64,000 nt of DNA, from contig CP128819.1 in NCBI GenBank assembly GCA_051546255.1, positions 496,001 through 560,000 of the forward strand, given 5' to 3'. The translations under genes and the position numbers were made by a program. Positions 41,601-51,650 of this stretch are shown piece after piece (position 1 is the first letter of the stretch; every line of letters starts with the position of its first letter). This DNA is from Meyerozyma guilliermondii. Lineage: Eukaryota. The notes beneath the pieces are model-generated. The model made no database searches. It was given only the letters and a program-made list of their open reading frames with translations, and was not told where the DNA came from.

Positions 41601-43214
41601 CTCATAAGGTTCAGCCTCGAATTCGAAGTCAGAAGCAGGGGGTTTGACGTTGTAATCTGAAGCATTGTCGATACTTTGAAGCGTCGATGGAGCCAATTCC
41701 AGGCTTTCTTCGGAGCCCAAGAAATCAGTACAACGTCTGAACCCAATGAGGGCATCCGCTCCTGATGATAAGGCAATTGGCAACAACATGATTGCTTGCG
41801 CCAAGATGGAAAATAAAGACAATGAAGAGAAGACTTCTCCAGGGGACTTCATATGTTGACTTTTCCACAACACCACGAAGGACAACATTGATGATAAGGT
41901 GGGCAAGGTGACAGCGTAAGCGGTGATGAAATTTCTCAACACCTTGATGGTGAACAAATGCTTCATTTCCTGATCACGAACTTTAGCGATATTGGTTTTG
42001 TAAGCCATCTCCCATGCGTAAAACTTGATAACTTTCATGTTGGATAAGAGTTCACGAACCAATGTGATTCTTTCATCAGTGAACTTGACCACCAACTCAC
42101 GAGTCACAAACAACTTTTTCGTCATCAAAATACAGACAACCAAGGACACGATAAACAACCCAATACCACACAAGGAAGTTACTCCGATGTTAGTCAATAA
42201 TAACACCACAGCAATGATGACAGGAATAGGACAACAGACCACCAAAGGTTGGAAACCAATGGCCAAGTCGATTCTAGCCAAATCCGTACTCATCATAGAA
42301 GTGATACGACCAGCAGGAAAGTCATGTTTTGCCTGAACTCCTAATCTGAATGATTTGAGAAGGAGACATTTTGTCAAGATTGCCTTGGCTTGGGCGCCTG
42401 TGACCATAGCGTCGTGGAAAAAGTGATTCAACAAGAGTCCATTGATGAAGATCAAAACCACCGAGCCGATAGTGTACCCAATTCCTGGGTTCAAAGTGGG
42501 CTCGAATCCGTAGTATCTATACTCCACGAAGTCAATCAAGCGCCTGGTCAATAATGGAGACAACGCTTGACAGCAGAACGACAATCCCAAGAAAATACAA
42601 CTCAGGGTGTATTGGAACTGGAATGTGTAATAAATAGCCAAAGGAATAGACCAAACGGGCCATTCAAAGCCTTCCGAAGATCCATGCTTTGCAATATGCT
42701 TTTTCTCTTGTTTTGACAAGATTTTATCGAGATGGCGCTGGAACTCTTCATGCATGGTTTCCACCTTGATGTTATCAGTAAGGTACCACAAATCACTGGG
42801 AACCAAGCATCTCTTGTAGCCTTTGATCAAAATGGGCCAAACCCATAAGAATATCATTCTTTTGAGAAGATTGGCTTGTTTCCAAGGGTAGCTTTTCCTC
42901 TCCTCTTCCAGCACTAAAGGAGGTACCTTTTTAGAAAACATCCATGAAAAAAGCCTTTTTTCGTTTTTCAACTCAGGCTGGCCCTCAAGATTTTTGGACT
43001 TGGAGTTGTATTCTTCGTATGATTCATCGTCGCTAGCAATTTCCACCTTTTTCGACTTTTTGGTCTTCTTTCTTCTTGGTGGAGGAGACCGGCGATCCAC
43101 ATATGTATTAGTTGTATCGGAATTATTGGAATCTATCACCTGTAAACGATCGTATGGGTTTGCTGGAGGGGTCGCCGACCGCCTCGGATATTGGTTGTAA
43201 ACGTTATTTGACAT
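38673..43214 (-). CDS. YOR1: ABCC/MRP-type transporter, Yor1-like
   Basis: Two TMD-NBD halves with GVIGSGKSS, LSGGQKSRI, GRTGAGKSS, NFSLGERQ and LILDEATS. It lacks TMD0. The first ATG is at 43214. Confidence 0.85.
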   Translation of the reverse strand: MSNNVYNQYPRRSATPPANPYDRLQVIDSNNSDTTNTYVDRRSPPPRRKKTKKSKKVEIASDDESYEEYNSKSKNLEGQPELKNEKRLFSWMFSKKVPPLVLEEERKSYPWKQANLLKRMIFLWVWPILIKGYKRCLVPSDLWYLTDNIKVETMHEEFQRHLDKILSKQEKKHIAKHGSSEGFEWPVWSIPLAIYYTFQFQYTLSCIFLGLSFCCQALSPLLTRRLIDFVEYRYYGFEPTLNPGIGYTIGSVVLIFINGLLLNHFFHDAMVTGAQAKAILTKCLLLKSFRLGVQAKHDFPAGRITSMMSTDLARIDLAIGFQPLVVCCPIPVIIAVVLLLTNIGVTSLCGIGLFIVSLVVCILMTKKLFVTRELVVKFTDERITLVRELLSNMKVIKFYAWEMAYKTNIAKVRDQEMKHLFTIKVLRNFITAYAVTLPTLSSMLSFVVLWKSQHMKSPGEVFSSLSLFSILAQAIMLLPIALSSGADALIGFRRCTDFLGSEESLELAPSTLQSIDNASDYNVKPPASDFEFEAEPYEMSEYGDLSNNSNGPVLEVSHADFLWELLYDENADQYWTMDEKEIDRAKKQKQAEKRAKKARKYNKASYSQSRHYDEKTQFDSTSTSDTIYEEQLSGNLSHENSFPGLLDINLSIKRNEFVMITGVIGSGKSSLLSALSGFLKMSNPDKGRLVVNDDLLLCSSPWIQNATVRDNILFGRPYDEQKYRRIIQACALESDLDLLPARDFTEIGERGITLSGGQKSRINLARACYGDQNILLFDDVLSAVDARVGKHIVDNLFYDVLRNRTRVLATHQLSLIENADRIIFLNGDGTIDVGTMDELSGRNMNFRRLLLYNNELPSDDNLSDYDHLHNESVMMSRQQTHDEKSLMRQQSILAEQNVQSGRLIGDEERATTTIGWNIYKRYVQLGSGFFGWSAAPVFIFFVALSTFCQVFTNTWLSWWNEHKYRQLSDDFYVGFYVAFAFLTVILTAVQFTILAYMNDTSARLLNSNAMQSVLHVPMSYMDTTPLGRILNRFSKDTDSIDNEIGEQLRLFIFPLAMIIGIMVLCITYLPYFAIAIPFLGFGFTFLANFYQGSSREIKRLESVQRSLVYNNFSETLLGMATIKAYKVQDTFVKKNDDFLNKTNEAYYLSIATQRWLGVHLDILASMFALIICMLCITEQFSISAASTGLLLNYVIQIVGLLSLTVRSMTQVESEMNSVERLHEYAFHLPQEAAYLKPECAPPAEWPPSGYILFNNVSLRYRPGLPLVLNDLTFSIYPGEKVGICGRTGAGKSSIMTALYRLTELELGSVTIDGLNIADMGLYDLRSRLSIIPQDPVLFNGTIRKNLDPFGTYDDKVLWDALRRCGLVDAFQLNKVMLTKYDPKHHVNYDDLHKFHLDQMVDDEGCNFSLGERQLIALARSLVRDSKILILDEATSSVDYETDAGIQDTIANEFRQCTILCIAHRLKTILHYDRIIVMENGQIIEKGVPKQLFQENGVFKLMCQKAKIVAEDFE

Positions 43215-44035
43215 ATAGGGTATCAAAAGGTATCAGGGTATAGGGTAATTATAATATAGTAACACCCAGCCAGCTGGTGTGATAAGTTTTCCTAATTTGA
43301 AGCTGATTAGTATTCCTAAAACGGATCTTTCTCTTGTCAAAGAACTTATGATTCAAGGGTTCCTGACTAGTAGTCTTTGTTCTTTGCAGATAGAACGCAG
43401 GTCACCAATAAGACAATAGAGCAACCAAGAATAAATAATAGCAAGCACCTAGCAACAATAGTAGATTTTGACAATTGAAGATGTGTGGATTAAGACTTAC
43501 TTTTATTCGTCGTTCCCCCACTTGCTAAGTATCATCGTTTATTAAAATGTTTTTTTTTCTATTTCCTGATACGGCACTGTAGTAAGAGGAGCCGCAAGCG
43601 AAATGAGGGGGCGGTCGGTACACGAACGATATTTTGTCGTGTGACGAAAGGGGCCAGGTAATGAAATTAGAATCACCAGAATAATACAGAAAACCGGATT
43701 CTCGGTAAGGAAGGATCTACAGTACCAATATCAATAATTGTTGTTTCGCGGTGAAATAATCATTTCAATTTTTTGCGCGGCTGGCAAATACAAACCGGGT
43801 TTGTTGCCGACACCTGCATTAATTCCGCACCTTGATGCATATTTCAACATTACCTGCATGGGACTGCGCCATCTGTCGCACCCCACTAAAAATCGGGAAC
43901 GGTTGCTACTAGAAACGACCAATTCCCAATGAGGTTAATCTCCTTTCTACGCATAACTAAGCCGATCACCCGATGAGATGGGTTTTAGGAAATACAAGGG
44001 GTGTACTTTAAGGCATTTACAAGCAGGTTCCAGAA

Positions 44036-44051
44036 TTTCCCAATTAGGAAA
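44036..44051. promoter_or_regulatory. Mcm1-binding site (ECB-like)
   Basis: Near-palindromic TTTCCCAATTAGGAAA, with a second weaker site TTCCCAATGAGGTTAA at about 43923-43938. Confidence 0.6.
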
Positions 44052-44369
44052 TGCCATCACAACGGAAGACACATAATGGGTGCCAAATGCAGCGACTAAT
44101 TATGCGATCCCGATTAGTATGAGTTCCTTACTGTGGCTGAATACAAATCCGCGTCAACCTTCTATTACGTAGAATGGTACAATAGATCAATGGATGTGCC
44201 TTGCGTAACTGCAATCAATATAGCCAGCAGACGTGTAAGCCACATCGGTATAGTGTCTTTCGCTGCCGAACGGAACACGTTCATGTATGCTTTGCGCTTC
44301 TTTCAAGCGCAATCTGCATGTCTGCCTGTCAATCTTATCTAGTGCATCATCATCTTCGTCTATTCCTTC

Positions 44370-45254
44370 CTAAAACGATGGTCCTCCAAATCCACCCGGA
44401 CCATGCATGCCCCCTGGAAGCCCACTGCCCACCATATCAAAATCCTGGTCTCCCAAAGGATCATCAAAGCGAGCTCCTGGAGGCACTCCTCTTCTTGAAG
44501 ATGGACCTTGTGGACGACTGCCAAATAATGGATGATTGGGCGTGGGATACATTCCTCCGTCGCCTTGGGGCTGGAGTGGATCCAGAAATGGTTGCAACAG
44601 CGGATTTTTGGGAATGCCTGGCGGATGTAAATCGCCATGGCCAATGGATGGAAATGCACTAGAACTAGGCGCACCAGCTGGGTGTTGTATTTCATATTCG
44701 TCATCAAATTCTGGCATATCAGGAATCTTTCTCTGTCTTTCTTGCGTTCCAATTGAACCAGCAAGGTTGGAACCTGCCAGTGGAAATTCCGCACGATGAC
44801 TTGCCACTTCCTCTGGTCCAGCATCATTCTTAGCAGCTTCAATATGAGTCCTGGTACCATCTACCGTCGTACTCTCGACCACTCCTAGCGACGTTTCCAA
44901 CTTGTTGAAGTCGATCTTTGTCTTCATAAAATTTTCAAAGTCAGTAATGACATTGTGGGGAAGATTCAAAGCATCAATTGGCAACTTTACATCCGGCAAC
45001 TCTTCCGATTTCCAGTTCAATGTAACACCTTGTGCCTCAGGGGCCCCTGCCAACACAAAATGGACACTGATACTGGTATCGGAGATCTTATTTATAGTAA
45101 GTGTTAAAGCCAACTCTTTGTCCTTGAAATAAGATTGTTGGATAAACTGATCATTTTTTGCCAGCTTGTTGCTAAAACGATTACACATAGGGCACAAATT
45201 GCCAATCACATTCGTGATGAGACCATCTGTAAGCTGCAAATACGTTTCCAACAT
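44370..45254 (-). CDS. FUB1: PI31-family proteasome regulator (Fub1)
   Basis: PDMPEFDDEYEI, IGHGDLHPPG, GGMYPTPNHPLF and PPGARFDDP in a Pro/Gly-rich C-terminus. Confidence 0.82.
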   Translation of the reverse strand: MLETYLQLTDGLITNVIGNLCPMCNRFSNKLAKNDQFIQQSYFKDKELALTLTINKISDTSISVHFVLAGAPEAQGVTLNWKSEELPDVKLPIDALNLPHNVITDFENFMKTKIDFNKLETSLGVVESTTVDGTRTHIEAAKNDAGPEEVASHRAEFPLAGSNLAGSIGTQERQRKIPDMPEFDDEYEIQHPAGAPSSSAFPSIGHGDLHPPGIPKNPLLQPFLDPLQPQGDGGMYPTPNHPLFGSRPQGPSSRRGVPPGARFDDPLGDQDFDMVGSGLPGGMHGPGGFGGPSF

Positions 45255-45626
45255 ATGTTATTACGAAGCAACTTTCCCACAACCTCTGCAGGAACAAACG
45301 TTAAGTGACATGACACCCGCACTGCCTGCAGGAACGGAGATAGATAGGCTTACGAGCCGCCCCTCAGAAAGTGGGGGATTAGTTGTCGCCGAAAATGGCT
45401 TGACAATGGATCTGGATCATTAGTTAGTGTCTTAAATTGCTTTGCTCGATCCAAAATAAAAATTTTAATCTTGCATTATTTTAAAGTTTAAAAATCTCAA
45501 AACCCGTCACTCATTATTCTTTCCCAACATCTGCAACCACCTGTAAATCGTAACTAAATCTGCCCAAAAATTACTCCCCCAATCCTTTAATCTATACTTA
45601 CCGAGAAAAACCGCCTCGTTATCGCG

Positions 45627-45634
45627 CACGTGAC
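45627..45634. promoter_or_regulatory. Cbf1-type E-box in the FUB1/SOL divergent promoter
   Basis: CACGTGAC; the same 8-mer occurs at 23792-23799. Confidence 0.5.
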
Positions 45635-45978
45635 CTTGTCCTTGCGAAGTTTCTGGTATTTTCGGCTTCCGACAACCCACAAAAGGCTCCTGGTTTAATA
45701 CACACACGATCCCCTTGTGTAAATAGCGTCATTTAATCATCATCAACATCTAGCCGAGGTCTTCTTAATTGGAAACAGAACCCCATATTACGTTCGATTA
45801 CTTGCTGGTTAACATTCATCAAATCGAGTCTTAGAAGGATACTTTTCGATAAAACGAATCATTCGAGGAGAGAATTACTTTGTAACGTTGTTTTCCGGTT
45901 TCTCCCGTATTGCAAACTTGTACCATAATTTTCGATAGCCTTTGATTATACCCATTTTAATCACGAGATCCATAACCA

Positions 45979-46911
45979 ATGACAACCACCGTTCCTCTCA
46001 TCTACTCGTTTCCCGAGTTTCTCGGAGTTGCTGATGCCGTGGCCGACCACGTTATTTCGGCCCAGAACATGGCATTGTACAAGACGTTGGATAGAGCTGA
46101 GATCAAGGAAATCAAGAATAATAATTCGTTGATGAGACCAGAGTTGATGGCATCCAGCAGTTCGATGTCGGTCAATAGTTCTGGAAAGAAGAAGGAAAAG
46201 AAGAAGAAGGGTGAGACCCGGTTTAAGATTGCCATTAGTGGTGGTTCGTTGATCAAAATCTTAAATCAGGGACTCTTGGGCCGCCAATCAGAGATTGAGT
46301 GGGGCAAGTGGGACATCTATTTTGCCGATGAAAGACTTGTGCCATTTGATTCTGAGGACTCCAATTATGGTCAAGCCAAGAGAGAGATCTTTGACCACAT
46401 TGAGGGTCTTGAAAAACCCAATATTCACCATATCGACGAAACTTTGATTGACGATCCCCAAGAGTGCGCAGATGCATACGAGAAGACATTGATATTTAAT
46501 TTTGCCAAGAAGGATTCTGTCAAGTTGCCGATGTTCGACTTGTTGTTGCTAGGATGTGCCCCCGACGGCCATATAGCATCGTTATTCCCCAACCATGGTG
46601 AACAATTGAGAGAGAAGTTGGCTTGGTGTATGCCAGTGAGTAACGCACCTTCTGGTCCCGACAAGAGAATCACATTATCAATCCCCGTAATTTGTCACGC
46701 ACATAGAGTCACGTTTGTCGTGGAAGGTTTAACTAAGGCACCCGTCATGAGAACGATAATGGAACGTCCTGAAAAGGGTTTACCCAGTTCCATCGTCAAC
46801 GAAGGTGCTGCCGGTAGAGTAACGTGGTTTGTCGACGATGACGCGTTGAATGATTGTTACGATATCACCAAGAAGAAGTACAAGTTTTTATCGATCGACC
46901 CGCCTAATTGA
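45979..46911 (+). CDS. SOL2: 6-phosphogluconolactonase-like protein, Sol1/Sol2 type
   Basis: AISGGSL, YFADERLVPF...SNY and LLGCAPDGHIASLFP, with the basic insertion typical of Sol1/2. Confidence 0.85.
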   Translation: MTTTVPLIYSFPEFLGVADAVADHVISAQNMALYKTLDRAEIKEIKNNNSLMRPELMASSSSMSVNSSGKKKEKKKKGETRFKIAISGGSLIKILNQGLLGRQSEIEWGKWDIYFADERLVPFDSEDSNYGQAKREIFDHIEGLEKPNIHHIDETLIDDPQECADAYEKTLIFNFAKKDSVKLPMFDLLLLGCAPDGHIASLFPNHGEQLREKLAWCMPVSNAPSGPDKRITLSIPVICHAHRVTFVVEGLTKAPVMRTIMERPEKGLPSSIVNEGAAGRVTWFVDDDALNDCYDITKKKYKFLSIDPPN

Positions 46912-46963
46912 GGGTCCCGAGTTGCATACCTATATAGCAATCTACCATGTTATCAATTCTGTA

Positions 46964-47572
46964 TTATATTACCCGATCGTAGTACTCACCATCCAAGCAA
47001 CCACCGCGCATTGAATCACTGACGTTCCGAGCAAACCTCAGCTTGTTTTTAACTAGCATATTGGCGGCATCTTTGTTGAGCGGATCATTGGGATTGGGTT
47101 CGAGAAACAAAAAATTGAGTCCCATGAGAACGGAATTGAGATTCAAAACCGGTGACCAGTCTTCACGAAGAATGTTGAGGCAAACATTGCCCTCTATGTC
47201 GATATTGGGATGGTAGATCTTGTTTTTGCATTTGATTTTGGGAGGATCAATTGGAAAGTTGTCGTTGATCTCCACTTGAAAATTGAACTTGCCACCTTTA
47301 TAGTAGTTTTCTTGAGGAACTATGGTCAACTCAAAGCTGAATATGTCTGAAGGGTTGGGAAAGCTCACTTTTATGCCCCTTGGAAGGTCTAATTCTGTCA
47401 CATCTTTCTGGAGTCGGAGCTGAGCAGCGCTTACTTTGGCCAGACTTGATACTACTTTTTGATCTTGCGAAGATCCTTTTGCGGCTTCTTCTTCTTGTTT
47501 TCGCTTCTGAAGCTGTCTGATTTTCAACTGGGTTAGTTTGAGTTTGTATTAAGGAAAACGAATTCGTACCAT
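46964..47572 (-). CDS. UBC12: NEDD8/Rub1-conjugating enzyme; exon 1 is ATG only (47572-47570), exon 2 is 47527-46964
   Basis: Spliced start MLKIRQLQKRKQ, with YHPNIDIEGNVCLNILREDWSP and DPLNKDAA. Confidence 0.94.
47528..47569 (-). other. 42-nt intron of UBC12
   Basis: ATG|GTACGA...AACTAAC CCAG|TTG. It supplies the missing ATG in frame. Confidence 0.88.
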
Positions 47573-47645
47573 TTGGGTGTCTTATAAATTAAACTTGGTT
47601 CAAGTTGCGGAGAGCGTATATTAAGTAAGCCGCATTAGTTGCAAA

Positions 47646-48758
47646 TTATTGTATAGAGGGTAAATTTTGTCGCTGAGAGTCAGAGTATGCTATTGCACGC
47701 TGTAGCGTCGACTGTAGCTCCTTGGAAGCTGTCATAGATTCTTGTTGCAAAATGGTGGCTATGTCGTTGTTATCCGTCCAAAAATTAATGTCAAGAAGCA
47801 CCTTGTATGGAGTTAGAAGAGTGCAAGAAACAGTAAGAAGCCAGTTGATTTCTTCCAAAGCCAGAAACTGAACTTCTAGAGGCTCCAATTCCAAAATTTC
47901 ACAAGATATCTTAAAATTATACGGTATGAGTCCGTTGACAATTCTTCGATATTCGTGCTTTGGGTAATTGTGGTCCTGTGGTTTCCAGAACATTCCTAGT
48001 AATGCCCACAATGATACATCACGGAGGTTCGAGCGGCACTTGGCATGCAACTGATCAAATAAATAATTCGAGAGCAAAGGGAACGGACGAATTATTTCAA
48101 TGAGCCACTGGAGGAAACGAGCAGCATAGTAGTTTGCAAAATGTAATTCCATAGACTTGAGAACTCGATCAATTACTTTCATACAGAGATTTCTGCTCTT
48201 TTCGGACTTGTAGTCATCACAGACCAACATTATAGTCAACTTTTGTGTCCAGCACCAGAGCGACGAGCTCTTGTTGATTCTCTTGAGTCTGCTAGTGAGA
48301 AACGAAGTCACCAAATCGAGTTCCTGCTCTAAGAGGTGGTTTGGATTGGAAACCTTATTCGCGAGCACGAGTACTGTAGACTCGTGCAAGGATATAATGC
48401 TATGATTTTCATGAGTAGTTATGAGATACCCCACAGTCATATAGTATATATCCCATAACTCTTGCAAAGACAACAGCTTGAGATTATTTGAAACATCTAG
48501 GGAGGTTTGTTTTGCTAGCAATTGATGCCAGAAGGTGTGACATTCTTTGAATATCGCTAGATATGTGAGTTTAGACATACCTATGTCAAGCACATCATCT
48601 GTCTCTCCAAACTCAATTCTTCCATCGTCGATCACACTAGCCAATTGTATAATCTTTATGCGATGTTCACGACCAACCACAGCCTCCCGGAGGCTCTTTG
48701 TAAGCTGGAGTGTTGTGGCATTTGTCTCATTTTCATGGGGCAGAAAGTGCGTCCCCAT
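47646..48758 (-). CDS. ECM9: Prenyltransferase alpha-repeat protein, Ecm9/PTAR1-like
   Basis: YLITTHENHS, LKRINKSSSLW, HFANYYA and DVSLW motifs. Confidence 0.8.
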   Translation of the reverse strand: MGTHFLPHENETNATTLQLTKSLREAVVGREHRIKIIQLASVIDDGRIEFGETDDVLDIGMSKLTYLAIFKECHTFWHQLLAKQTSLDVSNNLKLLSLQELWDIYYMTVGYLITTHENHSIISLHESTVLVLANKVSNPNHLLEQELDLVTSFLTSRLKRINKSSSLWCWTQKLTIMLVCDDYKSEKSRNLCMKVIDRVLKSMELHFANYYAARFLQWLIEIIRPFPLLSNYLFDQLHAKCRSNLRDVSLWALLGMFWKPQDHNYPKHEYRRIVNGLIPYNFKISCEILELEPLEVQFLALEEINWLLTVSCTLLTPYKVLLDINFWTDNNDIATILQQESMTASKELQSTLQRAIAYSDSQRQNLPSIQ

Positions 48759-48816
48759 ACTTCAACTCAAAGATCGCGATGCGCGCTCATCTCTTCTCTC
48801 TTCTCATTTCACTAAC

Positions 48817-49983
48817 ATGGCTACGTTCACCGATGTTTTCAATCTCGAAGACAGTGCCATTCCGGAACCAGACGAGTTGAGCGAAGCCATATACAAGAGC
48901 ACAAGACTTGGCTACTTGTTCTCGTCAGCGAATGATGGTACCGAATCACAGTTGAACATACAGAGACAAGACGAAGCTCAAACCGAAAACCAAAACGAAA
49001 TTAAAGCCGATTCCGAAGCCAATTCGGAAAACAGAGCCGAAGCACAAGAACTGAACTGGAGACTCTTGCGAGTGCTTGCAAATGCTCATCTGGGATGGGT
49101 GCGACTGGTGACGGTTGATCCTGTCACAAACGACTGGTTCGTTACGGGGTCTTCGGATTCCACGATAAAGATATGGGACTTGGCGTCGCTGGCATTGAAG
49201 GCAACTATAACTGGGCATGTTATGGGAGTCCGAGCCTTGGCGGTGTCGAAGAAATTTCCGTATCTTTTTTCAGGTTCTGAAGATCGAACTGTGCGATGTT
49301 GGGATTTGGAAAAGACAAATTCTTCCCTGGGGAGCCAGATCAGAGACTACCACGGCCACGTAGGCGGCGTATATGCCGTGTCGTTGCATCCAGAATTGGA
49401 TCTTTTGGTTACTGGCGGAAAAGATCAGGTGGTAAGGGTGTGGGACATCAGAACAAGAGCCCAAGCCATGGTGCTCACGGGGCACCGAAATGACATTACA
49501 TCGATAGCAACGGCCAGTGTAGACCCACAGGTGATCACTAGTTCCATGGATGGAACCATTCGGTTGTGGGACTTGAGAAATCAAAGATCTTATCTTACTT
49601 TGACTCAACATTCCAAGAGCATTAGACTGATGCAAATGCATCCCACCGAGATGACAGCATGTTCTGCTGACAGTTCTGGTAACTTCAAGCAGTGGCTTCT
49701 TCCCGGTGGAGATCTTTTGAATGAATTTGGGGAAAGTGGACAGGACAAAATCGTCAATAGTCTTGCCATAGAACCCAACTCCAATACTCTTTTTGCTGGT
49801 TACGACGATGGCCACATGGAATTCTACGACTACGTCAGTGGCTCGCTAGTACAAACCACACGCACGACACCTGCTCCCGGGAGCTCCAATTCCTCGATAT
49901 ATGCATCCACATTTGATATGCTGGGTCTTCGACTTTTGACTTGCGAGGGAGACAAATGCATCAAGGTTTGGGGAGAGGACTAA
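48817..49983 (+). CDS. PRP46: WD40 NTC splicing factor Prp46/PLRG1
   Basis: WRLLRVLANAH.GWVR, YLFSGSEDRTVRCWDLE, IRDYHGH and LHPELDLL. ATG at 48817. Confidence 0.92.
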   Translation: MATFTDVFNLEDSAIPEPDELSEAIYKSTRLGYLFSSANDGTESQLNIQRQDEAQTENQNEIKADSEANSENRAEAQELNWRLLRVLANAHLGWVRLVTVDPVTNDWFVTGSSDSTIKIWDLASLALKATITGHVMGVRALAVSKKFPYLFSGSEDRTVRCWDLEKTNSSLGSQIRDYHGHVGGVYAVSLHPELDLLVTGGKDQVVRVWDIRTRAQAMVLTGHRNDITSIATASVDPQVITSSMDGTIRLWDLRNQRSYLTLTQHSKSIRLMQMHPTEMTACSADSSGNFKQWLLPGGDLLNEFGESGQDKIVNSLAIEPNSNTLFAGYDDGHMEFYDYVSGSLVQTTRTTPAPGSSNSSIYASTFDMLGLRLLTCEGDKCIKVWGED

Positions 49984-50022
49984 GAAAAATATGTATTATT
50001 ATCATCACTTCATCATAGCATA

Positions 50023-51543
50023 CTACCAACCAAAACGTAACTGGTTTGCAGTGAACGAGGGTGGCTGCCATTGCAACTTGCGAGGGTCCAACTCATGTTT
50101 CTTCTTCTCTTTCACTTTCTTGATCAACTTGTCATACATTGCCATGATCTGGTCGGTGACAACTATTATGTGTTGTCCCTTGTAGTACCGAAGAATTTGG
50201 AGTGTGGTGAGTGTGTGTAGTATATCTGTCGTTGTCATACAGGTAATGGAGGATATCTCGTCGATAGTGATTTCACTGGTTGGAGTTGACGAGCCATTGT
50301 GAGCCAGTCTGGATGGCGGTGGTGTTTCAGATGACTCCTTAGCATCAGCGACAGGTGCTGGGTTATTCTTCTTGTACAACAGCGGATTGTTCCTTTCAAC
50401 TATGAGCTTGACAAGGGTATCTGTCCAGTACGCACGATACGACAATAAACCCAAATCTGAAAGGGGTTTTTCAGGCGAACCAATTTTGTTTTCCACTCTG
50501 GAAAGCATATAAGAAAACTGAATCAAAAGCTTACCATAACCCTTCTTTTGGTAGCAAGGTAACGTGAGAATACAGGCGACGTTATAGTTGTCTGCGCTTT
50601 CTTTTTCTTTTGAGAAATAGCCAACGACATGGTGTCCTTGGGCCGATTTGATGGTCATAACATAGAACAAGAAAGGATCAACATCGTAGTAAAGTGTTTT
50701 GTGATCCAAAAATAATTTCAGTAGCAAACAAAGATTTCTACACCAAGTTCTCTGTCTGCGCCCATCGATTTCCCAAAAGCTGACTTTTGAATCTCGGTAG
50801 ATCTCGTTCCCGGGAGGATGCTTCATTGAGCATTTGGTTCTGAACCTCTCGAACTGTTTTTTGGAGCCGAAATACGACAACGTGAAATCACAAATGTAGA
50901 TTTCGTCCTCTTCTGTAAGCTCGATTGGATACGGAGAGAAGTACCATGGCTCGATAATGTGCTCTCCAAGAATCACAGTGTTCACATTACGAACACGAGC
51001 CACATCCAGATGGTTTTGAGTCATGGAACCACCTGTTCGTAAGTTTTTGATTTCCTGCTCTCGACTTACTTCTTCTCCAGGTCGTTTTAAACCTTGAACA
51101 TTTAAGTTATCCAAATCTAACTCATCTTCATTTTTGATCTCTGGCGTCGCGCTCGCACTCACCAGTTCACCAGGACCAGGGGTCTTTGAGTTTTTCGTCT
51201 TGGACTTCAGAGCTTTGTTTTTACCCTCCTTTCCGTCTTCCTTCTTATCTACCTTGACCTCAGGTGCAATAAGGGCTCGTGAAAAATCAATTTTATCCAC
51301 ACCAATCCACTCATCCAAACGCTTGTTGAAGTCCTGATAGTGCACGTAGTACACTTTGCGTCCTTTACGTACATGTTCTTGAAGAATTTCTGCCAAACGA
51401 ATCTCGCCATCTTTCTGGGCATACACTTTGCACCCTGGAATGATGTCCCCGGGCCCATATTTGGCACTCGCGTCCTTCGAGTCACCCGTGATTTTGATTG
51501 GGCTCTTCGATTCTAGTGTAGAACCCTTGTTGTTGCCAGACAT
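50023..51543 (-). CDS. ESA1: NuA4 MYST histone acetyltransferase
   Basis: Chromo-barrel [35 protein letters not shown] and [14 protein letters not shown] at 51543. Confidence 0.97.
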   Translation of the reverse strand: MSGNNKGSTLESKSPIKITGDSKDASAKYGPGDIIPGCKVYAQKDGEIRLAEILQEHVRKGRKVYYVHYQDFNKRLDEWIGVDKIDFSRALIAPEVKVDKKEDGKEGKNKALKSKTKNSKTPGPGELVSASATPEIKNEDELDLDNLNVQGLKRPGEEVSREQEIKNLRTGGSMTQNHLDVARVRNVNTVILGEHIIEPWYFSPYPIELTEEDEIYICDFTLSYFGSKKQFERFRTKCSMKHPPGNEIYRDSKVSFWEIDGRRQRTWCRNLCLLLKLFLDHKTLYYDVDPFLFYVMTIKSAQGHHVVGYFSKEKESADNYNVACILTLPCYQKKGYGKLLIQFSYMLSRVENKIGSPEKPLSDLGLLSYRAYWTDTLVKLIVERNNPLLYKKNNPAPVADAKESSETPPPSRLAHNGSSTPTSEITIDEISSITCMTTTDILHTLTTLQILRYYKGQHIIVVTDQIMAMYDKLIKKVKEKKKHELDPRKLQWQPPSFTANQLRFGW

Positions 51544-51650
51544 GGTGAGAGAACAGTGGTTTTTTGATGTTGATAAATTTATGAACTGGAGTGCACACAA
51601 GCCGCGACTCTATAATGCCACCTCTATATACAAGTAGGACGTTTGGGGAC

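Noticed and set aside
48547..48816. Extended N-termini of PRP46 (and similarly RRD2 from 52675)
   Set aside because: TTG starts overlapping divergent genes; downstream ATGs match the orthologue starts.
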